DNA of 48,827 bases from an uncultured Dehalococcoidia bacterium (GTDB lineage: Bacteria > Chloroflexota > Dehalococcoidia > DSTF01 > JALHUB01). The stretch covers positions 1 to 48,827 of the forward strand of contig CAZSSQ010000003.1 of NCBI GenBank assembly GCA_964609465.1. The letters run 5' to 3'. Positions within the stretch are counted from its first letter, which is position 1. Each line of letters opens with the position of its first letter. Shown here one piece after another: positions 9,455 through 17,280 of this stretch. The notes under the pieces were generated by a model. That model saw nothing but the letters and a program-made list of their open reading frames with translations, was not told the origin of the DNA and did no database searches. The position numbers were made by a program, and so were the translations under genes.

Positions 9455-12280
9455 TCAGGCCATCTTGGCCACGTCCACGCAGATGGCCCTATCGATGGGG
9501 ATGGGCTGCCAGTGGACGGCGCGGTAGCGCAGGTGGCCATAGCCTCCGGCCAGGTGCAGCCACTTCACCATGCCCGGCTCAATGTTGGCTGGGTCCTTCC
9601 ACGCCCGGAACTGGTAAGGCTCGAAGCCGTTGTAGATCATCACCTGCCCGGGGCGCATGGCCGGCGTCACCTTCACCCAGATGGATATGGAGGACACGTC
9701 GTTGAAGACGCGCACCTCCTCGCCGTTCTCGATGCCGCGGGCGGCGGCGTCATCCTCGTTCATGAACATGAAGGGGCGACCCTGGTGAGTCTGGAGGATG
9801 AGGCGGTTGGTCATGTTCATCGAGTGGATGCTCCAGCGCGGGTGGCCAGAGGTAAGGAGGAAGGGGTAGTCGCCGCCCTGCTTGGGAGTCTCCTTATGGG
9901 TGGGCAGCTCCTCACCGGCCTCCAAAAACCAGTCGTGGTCGATGTAGAACTGGGCCCGCCGGGTGAGAGTGGGGAAGGGCACCTTCTTCTCGGTGTGCCA
10001 GCGGAAGGGCGCGTGCGTCTCGTTGGGCTTGAGGTCCGAGGCCTGGGCCAGGGCCATGGAGGACTTGCCCCAGCCGATGAAGCGCACGAAGCCCTTCTCC
10101 CGCAGCGTCTCGAGGCTAGTCCCTGGGGGGAGGGTACCGGCGATAGCACTGTCCTTCACCATCTCGTCCATGACGTCCTCGTCCTGGACGAAGTCACCGC
10201 CGCCGGTCAGCGCCTCATAGAGGTTGTCCAGGCGGATGGGGAAGCCGTGCCTGGTGGTGAACTCGGTGAATCCGCGGGCCTTGGACCGCTCCTCCAGCTT
10301 CTTGGCGAGAGCCAGCGTGATCTGCCACTCGGACCTGGCCTCGCCCGGCGGGTCGACGGCCTTGTCCGAGAGGGTGAGGGTAAGGATGTGAGGGCTGGTG
10401 TAGCAGAAGTTGGGTTTCTCGTAGTGGTGGGCAGCGGGCAGGAAGATGTCGGAGTAGAGGCCGGTGGTGTTCATGCGCCAGTCGATGGTGACGATGAGCT
10501 TCGCCTTGGGCCAGAGGTGCTTGAGGAGCATGGTCTGGCCGCCGCGCTGACGCCGCAGCAGGTTGCTGCCGATCTCGAAGATGACGTGGGGAGGCGTATT
10601 CTCGTCTGGCACGCGGAAGCCGTCATACCAGCCGCGCTCAATGCCCTCCTTCAGGTACTCGTCGAAGGGGCGCGGCATGTTGGGGTCGTTCCACTCCTTC
10701 TTGTTCCAGATGTCCTTGTAGCCGCAGTGGTAGTACCAGAAGAAGGCTGAAGGCACATAGCCGCCCATGGCGGCACCACGGTAACCCTGCTCGGCCAGTA
10801 GCATCTCGTCGGTCATGGTGGGGTCTTCGGCCTTGATGGCTCCCAGCAGGGCGTCGCGCAACTGCAAGACCTGTTCCGTGGCCTCGGCGCCCTTCCGCTG
10901 CTTGGCCCCGAATAGGAACATGCCGTCGAACATGCCGACGGCCCAGCTACGGGCCCCGGCCCCTTTCTTGCCCCAGTTGCCGGTGAGGGCCAGGACCAGC
11001 ATCATGGACCGCTCCATGAGGTCGCCATGGTAGTACTTGCCGGCGTTCCATCCCATGAGGACGCGGGTGCTCTTCTGCGAGGCCTTGCGAGCCAGCATGC
11101 GGATGAAATCCGGGTGGGCACCGCAGACCTGGGTAGCCTTCTCCGGGACGTAGTCCTGAAGGCGCTCCTTCAGAAGCTCGAAGACGGGGGTCACCTCCAC
11201 CTCGGAGCCGTCCGCGAGGCGGGCCTTGAAGCGGCCCTCCAGGGCGGGGTCCACTTCCCCCAGGGCCAGCGTGGCCCGCGGCGCCTCCACCACCTTCTTG
11301 CCCTTGCTGTCGTAGAAGTAGAACTGGTCGTCGCGCCCGCCGTCCACGTCGCTGCCCCTGAGGAAGCGCCGGTTGTCCAGGCGCACCAGCAGGGGCAAAT
11401 CCGTCTGGTCCTTCACGAAGTCGGCGTGAAAGATGCCCTCCTCGACCAGAACCTGGCAGATGGAGAGGGCCAGGGCGGCATCGGTGCCGGGCTTGACGGT
11501 GATGTGATGGTCGGCGTGGATAGCGGAAGGGCTGTAGTCTGGCGCGATGGTCACCACTTCAGCTCCCCGGTAGCGGCCTTCGGCGATGAAGTGATACCAG
11601 GGGATCGACGTATAGACGGGGTTAATGTGCCAGATGAGCATCAGGTCCGTGTGGAACCAGTCGTCCACACTGGCAGCGGGGTCGAACTTGCCGAAGGTGA
11701 CGTAGATGCCAGGGCTGAAGTCGTTGATCTCGGACTGGACGTCGGTGGTGATGCCGCCCAGGCGCATGATAACGGCGCTGGCCAGGATCAGCGACTGAGG
11801 GCCTCCCTCGGACGGCTCACCGATGCGGATCAGAGACTCCGGCCCCGACTGCTGGATGGCGTCGATCATGGCGTCGGCGATCGTAGTGAGAGCCTCGTCC
11901 CAGGAGATGCGGGTCCACTTGCCCTCGCCGCGCTCGCCGGCCCTCTTCAGAGGGTACAGGACACGGTCCTGGCCGTAGAGGAGCTGGCTCCAGGAGGCGC
12001 CCTTCTGACAGCCCATGGGGTTCATATCGGGGACGCCTTCCTCAATGGTGGGGTAAACGCCCGCCGGCTCCTCGCGCAGGACGACGCCGTCCTTACTATA
12101 GACCCGGTACGAACAGTTGCTGGGGTAGCAGTCCACGCAGTGGCTGCCCCAGGTCACTCTGTCCCAGCGCCACTTCTCTCGGTAGAGGTCCTCCCAGCCG
12201 CGACGAGGGTGCTTGGGGATCGGCTCAGCATCCTTGCGAGGAGTGTTCGCCTTCCGACCTCTGGTAGAGGGAACCGCCAT
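9455..12280 (-). CDS. Second molybdopterin oxidoreductase alpha subunit (type II DMSO reductase family), no Tat signal
   Basis: 941 aa from ATG 12280 (AGGAGG RBS 7 nt upstream). It begins MAVPSTRGRKANTPRKDAEPIPKHPRRGWEDLYREKWRWDRVTWGSHCVDCYPSNCSY. It is collinear with alpha1 along its whole length, at roughly half identity by eye. Confidence 0.85.
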   Translation of the reverse strand: MAVPSTRGRKANTPRKDAEPIPKHPRRGWEDLYREKWRWDRVTWGSHCVDCYPSNCSYRVYSKDGVVLREEPAGVYPTIEEGVPDMNPMGCQKGASWSQLLYGQDRVLYPLKRAGERGEGKWTRISWDEALTTIADAMIDAIQQSGPESLIRIGEPSEGGPQSLILASAVIMRLGGITTDVQSEINDFSPGIYVTFGKFDPAASVDDWFHTDLMLIWHINPVYTSIPWYHFIAEGRYRGAEVVTIAPDYSPSAIHADHHITVKPGTDAALALSICQVLVEEGIFHADFVKDQTDLPLLVRLDNRRFLRGSDVDGGRDDQFYFYDSKGKKVVEAPRATLALGEVDPALEGRFKARLADGSEVEVTPVFELLKERLQDYVPEKATQVCGAHPDFIRMLARKASQKSTRVLMGWNAGKYYHGDLMERSMMLVLALTGNWGKKGAGARSWAVGMFDGMFLFGAKQRKGAEATEQVLQLRDALLGAIKAEDPTMTDEMLLAEQGYRGAAMGGYVPSAFFWYYHCGYKDIWNKKEWNDPNMPRPFDEYLKEGIERGWYDGFRVPDENTPPHVIFEIGSNLLRRQRGGQTMLLKHLWPKAKLIVTIDWRMNTTGLYSDIFLPAAHHYEKPNFCYTSPHILTLTLSDKAVDPPGEARSEWQITLALAKKLEERSKARGFTEFTTRHGFPIRLDNLYEALTGGGDFVQDEDVMDEMVKDSAIAGTLPPGTSLETLREKGFVRFIGWGKSSMALAQASDLKPNETHAPFRWHTEKKVPFPTLTRRAQFYIDHDWFLEAGEELPTHKETPKQGGDYPFLLTSGHPRWSIHSMNMTNRLILQTHQGRPFMFMNEDDAAARGIENGEEVRVFNDVSSISIWVKVTPAMRPGQVMIYNGFEPYQFRAWKDPANIEPGMVKWLHLAGGYGHLRYRAVHWQPIPIDRAICVDVAKMA

Positions 12281-12329
12281 CGCTGGGCCTCCTAGCCGCC
12301 ACCGGCGCAAACCGACGAAGCGACACAAA

Positions 12330-12349
12330 CCAGCAGGACACCCTGCTGG
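12330..12349 (-). promoter_or_regulatory. GC-rich stem-loop in the 5' leader of alpha2
   Basis: CCAGCAGG-ACAC-CCTGCTGG is a perfect 8-bp stem. On the minus strand it is followed by TTTGTGTCGCTTCG and lies 50-70 nt upstream of the alpha2 start. Its function is unknown. Confidence 0.3.
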
Positions 12350-12412
12350 GGGTTATTTCCGCAATGGCTGACTGATGGCGCGATTATGTTGGTCGCCGTT
12401 GTAAGGCGGAAA

Positions 12413-12425
12413 GTGCCATTGGCAC
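12413..12425. promoter_or_regulatory. Perfect 13-bp palindrome GTGCCAtTGGCAC (candidate operator)
   Basis: A 6-1-6 inverted repeat in the lower-GC divergent intergenic region. It lies 11 nt downstream (minus-strand sense) of a TTGACA hexamer at 12437-12442. Confidence 0.25.
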
Positions 12426-12707
12426 CCTCACAGACCTGTCAAAAGTCACCTCTTGCTCGCCGCTCCAGGGGCCGAGTCGCCCTCGTTTGCAGCCCAGGAA
12501 GAGGAGGCCATCTCCTTCGGTGGAAGAGCGGTGTCTGCGAGCCGCCGCCGAGGAGACGCCGCCGGTCCACAACTTCGGGTAGGCTCCCCTAAAGTCCTGC
12601 CTTCTCCCGCCGATAATCGCGGGGGCGGGCGACGACGGGCCGCCTGGCCGTTGCTGCCGTCCGCTTCCTTCGGCCGGAGGAACCGGCGCTACCTCTCGGA
12701 GTGCGGG

Positions 12708-13805
12708 ATGGAACCTGCTGCTACCCCCGCCGCGCTAACCGGGCAGTCGATCACCCTGGTCTGCCCTTCGTGCATTCGCCCAGTTAACGATGGGGCATCG
12801 GCCCTTCACTGCCCGACCTGCCGCCACGACTGGCCCATCCTGGATGGCATCCCAACCTTCAGGCAGCCGGCCTTCTGGAGCAAGCTCTCTCAGGATCAGA
12901 CCGCCGCGCTGCTGGCGCGGGCGCCGGAGACGGGTTTCCGACAGGCCCTTCTCCAGGTGCTGGAGTCGGTGGCCGACCGGCAGGATCGACTGGCCAACTA
13001 CGAATACGCTACCGACCCCAACCGGGCCTGCGGGCTTTTCCTCTGCCCGCTGACCCCTGATTCTGTCGTCCTGGATTGCGGCGCCGGCTGGGGAACGCTG
13101 ACGCTGGTGGCTGCCCAGGCCTCGCGGGCCGTGGCGGCCATGGACCCCTGCCTCCAGAACCTACAGGTGGTGCGTCTTCGCGCCCGCGAGGCCGGCCTTC
13201 CCAACATCACGCCCGTCCTTGGCGATATTCTGGCACCGCCGTTCCCCGATTCCCACTTCGACCTTGTGGTCATGAACGGCGTGCTGGAGTGGGTGGGACG
13301 TTCGCAGGCCTTTGCCAGCCCCCAGGCCGCTCAGGAGGCCGCCCTGCTACAGGTGCAGCGGATCCTCAAGCCGGGAGGGCACCTCTACCTGGCCATCGAG
13401 AACCGGCTCGGGTTCAAGTACTTCCTCGGCAAGCGAGACGAGCACACGGATGGCCTTCGCTTCACGACGGTGCTGCCGCGCTGGGCGGCAGACCTCGTCT
13501 CCCGCCTCGCCGGCCTGGGCCTATACCGCACCTACACCTACAGCGCCGGGGGTTACAGGCGCCTTCTGCGGCGCAGCGGCTTCCAAACAGCCCGCTTCTA
13601 CCTGGCGTTGCCTGACTACCGGCACCCGCGCTTCCTCATCCCCACCAGAGACGCCTCGTTCCAGTATGTACTTGACAATCACCTTCGCAGCCATCCGAAG
13701 GTGCCGACGCCCCTCTTTCTGCTGGCTTCGCTGGGCGCCCGGCTGCGGCTCCACGAACTGCTCAGCCCGGCGTTCGCCATTGTCGCCAGGAAGGCCAAGA
13801 CATGA
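12708..13805 (+). CDS. Class I SAM-dependent methyltransferase with N-terminal Trm112-like zinc ribbon
   Basis: LVCPSCIRPV...LHCPTCRHDWPILDGIPTF (CxxC...CxxC), then motif I VLDCGAGWGTL and FDLVVMNGVLEWV. I chose the internal ATG 12708 because the upstream 85 codons of the ORF are Arg/Gly/Pro-rich junk. Confidence 0.75.
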   Translation: MEPAATPAALTGQSITLVCPSCIRPVNDGASALHCPTCRHDWPILDGIPTFRQPAFWSKLSQDQTAALLARAPETGFRQALLQVLESVADRQDRLANYEYATDPNRACGLFLCPLTPDSVVLDCGAGWGTLTLVAAQASRAVAAMDPCLQNLQVVRLRAREAGLPNITPVLGDILAPPFPDSHFDLVVMNGVLEWVGRSQAFASPQAAQEAALLQVQRILKPGGHLYLAIENRLGFKYFLGKRDEHTDGLRFTTVLPRWAADLVSRLAGLGLYRTYTYSAGGYRRLLRRSGFQTARFYLALPDYRHPRFLIPTRDASFQYVLDNHLRSHPKVPTPLFLLASLGARLRLHELLSPAFAIVARKAKT

Positions 13806-14800
13806 GCGCATCGCTAGAGGAAGAGCTGCTCTCACGCTGGCGGGACTGGTTCGGCGAGAGTCCGCCAGCCGGCCTGGAGTTGCTGGCGGTCGGCCGGAAG
13901 TACCGCGACTGCTACACGCTGTTGCCCTTCCCTGCCGACGGTCACCAGCCTGCCTGCGCTATCAAGATCGCTATTGGCGAAGAGCAGGCGAGAAGGTTGC
14001 GCCGGGAGTTCGAGAATCTAACGCTTCTGCGCGACCGCCTCACCAACCACGCGCTGCTGGGCTCGATCCCATCCCCCCTGGCCCTTGAGGAGGATGCTCA
14101 CCTGGCGAGGGCCATCTACTCCTACGTCCCGGGCCGTAGCCTCGCCAGCGCCCTCTCCTACCCGCGCCGGCGGGACACGGTCCCCCGGGTGTTGAGCCGC
14201 GTGGCCGAGTGGTTGGTGGCCTTCCAGGCTGCGACCAAGTCCGAACCCCCAGCTCCGGACAACGGCCACGACGATCTCGCCGACGCCCCAGCAAGCGCCG
14301 ATGAGATCGAACTCCTGCGCTATATGGAAGGTAGCGGTCTTGCCACTCCTCAGAAGATGTCAGGCGTCTGGGGCCTCCGGCACGGCGACCTGAAGCCAGA
14401 GCATATTCTCTGGCGCGACGGCTCCATCGGTGTTCTGGACTGGGGCGAGCTGAAGCCCGGCAGCGTCACCAGCGACTGGTTCTACTTCCTGACCCTCAGC
14501 GCCCTCCAGATGGGCGGTGTCGAGTCCGTTCAACAGCTCGCGCTGGCGGCGCCCACTCTAGAGGCGATCTTCTTCTCCCGCCACTGGTTCGGTGAGCTGG
14601 CGATGGAGGCTACCCGCCGGCTTCTGGACCGACTGGATCTGCCCCGGTCGGCGGCAGCGCCCCTCTTTGCGCTCTCCGCCTGCCGCGACAGCCGTTACCG
14701 CTGGCCCTACCTGGCCCATGAGCCCTTCGGGGCCTACAACGACACGCTGCGCCTGCTGCGCCGCCGCTGGGGAGACCTGGTCTTCAACAGGGCGGCCTAG
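13802..14800 (+). CDS. Protein-kinase-fold phosphotransferase (APH/choline-kinase-like family)
   Basis: 332 aa. AIKIA (Lys), catalytic loop HGDLKPEHILW, and VLDWGE as a DFG-equivalent. ATGA overlap with the upstream methyltransferase. Confidence 0.7.
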   Translation: MSASLEEELLSRWRDWFGESPPAGLELLAVGRKYRDCYTLLPFPADGHQPACAIKIAIGEEQARRLRREFENLTLLRDRLTNHALLGSIPSPLALEEDAHLARAIYSYVPGRSLASALSYPRRRDTVPRVLSRVAEWLVAFQAATKSEPPAPDNGHDDLADAPASADEIELLRYMEGSGLATPQKMSGVWGLRHGDLKPEHILWRDGSIGVLDWGELKPGSVTSDWFYFLTLSALQMGGVESVQQLALAAPTLEAIFFSRHWFGELAMEATRRLLDRLDLPRSAAAPLFALSACRDSRYRWPYLAHEPFGAYNDTLRLLRRRWGDLVFNRAA

Positions 14801-14952
14801 AAAGAGCCGCCTCTCGGCCTCCGACCACAGCCTGGAGGTAGCTGGCCCGCAGCCAGTGGGTATGCAGCTCTGCGTGATAATCCCGCAGGTCGACACACCG
14901 AATCTGTGAAGGTGCGGAGTTCTACGAACAGAGCCGGATTCGCCTTCGGGGG

Positions 14953-15909
14953 CTAGGCCGCCCGCCTGTCGCTGAGCGAGGGCCGCTCCCAGAGGTGGCG
15001 GTGGCCATCGTAGAAGCGGACGCTCCGGAGCAGGCCCTCTCTCAAGTCCGTCTCGGGCTGCCAGCCGACCTCCCGTCCGATGCGCGAGATATCGGCCACC
15101 AAGCGCATTGGGTCTCCGTCCCGCTGGCCGCCGTCGATGATGGCGAGGGGCTTGTCCAGCAGCTCTTCGAGGGCACTCACCACATCGCGCATGAGGATGC
15201 CGTGACCCATGCCCAAGTTGTAGACGTGCAGCCCCTCCATCCCGAGCACCTGCACATGAGCGCGTGCGATGTCCTCGACGAAGACGTAATCGCGGTACTG
15301 CCGCCCCTGCCAGTAGAGCACGACGGGCTCATCGGTGAGGGCCGCCCGGATCCAGCGCGGCACCGCCCGCGTGACCGGCTCCTGCAGGTCACCGGGGCCG
15401 TAGGCATTGAAGTAACGCAGGGAGACGCTGTTGATACCGAAGGCATGATAGTACCCCTGGAGCAGGTCTTCGAAGGCGAGCTTGCTGGCGCCGTAGATGT
15501 GGATCGGGCGCTTAGGGTCATCCTCAGGCACGGGTATGCGCTGCGGCTCCCCGTATACCGACGCCGAGGAGGAGAAGACGATGTGCCGCACACGGGCCCT
15601 CCGCATCGCCTCCAAGAGCCTGGCGCCGTTAAGCAGGTTGTTCTGAACGTACCCCAGGGGGTCAGCGAAGGAGGGGGCGATGATACTGGAGGCGGCGAGG
15701 TGCATCACGGCATCCACGCCCTCTATAGCCTCGCGGAGCTGATCTTCATCGCCCAAGTCGCCGCTGAGAAAGCGGCAGCGCGGGTCTACCAGCTCGCGGT
15801 AGCCGAAGGAGAGGTTGTCTAACACCGTGACGGCATGGCCGCTATCACACAGGAGGCGGGCCACGTTCGACCCGATGAAGCCGGCCCCGCCTGTCACCAG
15901 AATACGCAC
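14953..15909 (-). CDS. NAD-dependent sugar-nucleotide epimerase/dehydratase (GalE-like SDR)
   Basis: VRILVTGGAGFIGSNV Rossmann motif and YGASK (YxxxK). GTG 15909 is preceded by GGAGAAGGGGG and lies 21 nt after the stop of the upstream gene. Confidence 0.85.
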   Translation of the reverse strand: MRILVTGGAGFIGSNVARLLCDSGHAVTVLDNLSFGYRELVDPRCRFLSGDLGDEDQLREAIEGVDAVMHLAASSIIAPSFADPLGYVQNNLLNGARLLEAMRRARVRHIVFSSSASVYGEPQRIPVPEDDPKRPIHIYGASKLAFEDLLQGYYHAFGINSVSLRYFNAYGPGDLQEPVTRAVPRWIRAALTDEPVVLYWQGRQYRDYVFVEDIARAHVQVLGMEGLHVYNLGMGHGILMRDVVSALEELLDKPLAIIDGGQRDGDPMRLVADISRIGREVGWQPETDLREGLLRSVRFYDGHRHLWERPSLSDRRAA

Positions 15910-15929
15910 GAATGCCCCCTTCTCCCGGC

Positions 15930-17213
15930 CTAGTGGGCACCCCGACCGCACAAGACCGCCGGCAAAGTCCGGAGCAGTATCTCGATGTCCAGCCTCAGCG
16001 AGCGGCCTCTCAGGTAGCGGCGGTCGAGCTCGATCCGCTCCGCATAGCTGAGATCCTGGCGGCCGCTGACCTGCCAGAGGCCGGTGATGCCCGGCCTGAC
16101 CGACAGCCGCTCGGCGCCCATCTCGCCGTACCGGTCCAGCTCAGAGGGGTGGATCATGCGCGGCCCTACCAGACCCATGTCGCCCCTGACCACGTTCACT
16201 AGCTGCGGCAGCTCGTCAATGCTAAGCCGGCGAAGGAGGCGCCCGACGCGGGTGACGCGCGGGTCGTCCTGGAGCTTGACGTTTTCCTGGTACTGGGCCA
16301 GAAGCTCTGGCTGGCCTGCCAGCCAGTTGTCAGCATCCACGCGCATCGTCCGAAGCTTCAACGCGTCGAACTGGCGACCGCCGCGACCCAGGACGCGCCG
16401 GCGGTAGAGGAAAGGCCCCCTGTCCTCCAGCCACAGAAAGAATGCCGCAAGGGCGAGGAGCGGGCCGGCCAAGAGCAGCCCGATGGTCGCGCCAGTGATG
16501 TCCATCGTGCGCCGGATGACTTCATTTTGGCGTCCACGAGAGGTGTCAGGGGACTGCGCGGATGCGGGTGCCGCGAACACCGTGATGGAAGGGGTCCAGA
16601 GAGGGCTTAGCCGTTGTGGCCGGGATGACCGCGGGAACAGACGAAGCAGTGCCAGCGGAGATATGAGATGCAAAGCCGGTTCACTGATGAGCGGCCGCCA
16701 CACGACCCGCGGCAGCCAGTGGATCAGCGGCAACGCAACGTGGGCGTCGTAAGGAAACCACCTATTGGGGGCCGCCAGGAATACTCCACGGCGCGCAACC
16801 CTGAGACATTCCCGCACGAACCGGGCCTGCCGCGCGCGATCGCCCACGTGCTCAATCACAGCGTTGCTGAAGACAAGGTCGAAGGCGTTGTCCCTGAAGG
16901 GAAGGTGACCACCGTCGCCCTGAACCGCCTGCACCTCCGGATGAACCTCCCGGAATCCGTCCACGGGGTCGATGGACAGCCCTACAATTCGTTCGGGCCA
17001 CGGATACGATATTTCCAGGAAGTTCTCGACACGGGAACACCCACGTGCTGTCGACCATGCAGTCGGCGTAACTCCCACGTCCAAGACTAGGTCGTCTTTG
17101 CCCGGACGGCAGCAAGCGTAGAACTGTGCCAGCTTTCGCTGACGGGACAGGCGAGAGACCCGGAAGATGATTCGAGTTAGGGCCGGGACGCGCCAGAAGT
17201 TGAGCAACTCCAC
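15930..17213 (-). CDS. Fusion protein: methyltransferase-like domain (N) + small monotopic phosphoglycosyl transferase (bacterial sugar transferase, C)
   Basis: A single 427-aa ORF. N-terminal half: LVLDVGV...FDLVFSNAVIEHVGD...GVFLAAPNRW. C-terminal half: RRTMDITGATIGLLLAGPLLALAAFFLWLEDRGPFLYRRRVLGRGGRQFDALKLRTM...SIDELPQLVNVVRGDMGLVGPR...RPGITGLWQV. Confidence 0.8.
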   Translation of the reverse strand: MELLNFWRVPALTRIIFRVSRLSRQRKLAQFYACCRPGKDDLVLDVGVTPTAWSTARGCSRVENFLEISYPWPERIVGLSIDPVDGFREVHPEVQAVQGDGGHLPFRDNAFDLVFSNAVIEHVGDRARQARFVRECLRVARRGVFLAAPNRWFPYDAHVALPLIHWLPRVVWRPLISEPALHLISPLALLRLFPRSSRPQRLSPLWTPSITVFAAPASAQSPDTSRGRQNEVIRRTMDITGATIGLLLAGPLLALAAFFLWLEDRGPFLYRRRVLGRGGRQFDALKLRTMRVDADNWLAGQPELLAQYQENVKLQDDPRVTRVGRLLRRLSIDELPQLVNVVRGDMGLVGPRMIHPSELDRYGEMGAERLSVRPGITGLWQVSGRQDLSYAERIELDRRYLRGRSLRLDIEILLRTLPAVLCGRGAH

Positions 17214-17280
17214 TCCTCAACAATCGTAGGGACCGTTAGGACACCAGAGAGGTACAAGCACCCCCACCGCCTGGCGGCCC

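Noticed and set aside
9512-12295. Plus-strand ORFs of 412 and 422 aa opposite alpha2. Similar ORFs lie at 242-1135, 7576-8394, 14995-15822, 29313-30686, 32734-33918, 44366-45328 and 45973-46851.
   Set aside because: All are antisense shadow ORFs of well-supported genes in a GC-rich genome. None has a family motif.
12281-12450. A possible molybdenum-cofactor (Moco) riboswitch in the leader of the molybdoenzyme operon.
   Set aside because: The context made it attractive and a terminator-like hairpin is present. I could not recognise the conserved Moco-motif helices or sequence blocks by eye, so I report only the hairpin and the palindrome. A covariance-model scan is needed.
12453-12707. An upstream extension of the Zn-ribbon methyltransferase ORF (the 450-aa version).
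   Set aside because: The extension is Arg/Gly/Ser/Pro-rich and lies in the lower-GC intergenic control region. The Zn-ribbon begins shortly after ATG 12708. The exact start remains somewhat uncertain.
14801-14952. A possible bidirectional terminator between the convergent kinase and epimerase genes.
   Set aside because: Only imperfect or short complementary segments are present (for example CGAATC...GATTCG with a long bulged loop), and there is no flanking T/A-tract. This is not strong enough to annotate.
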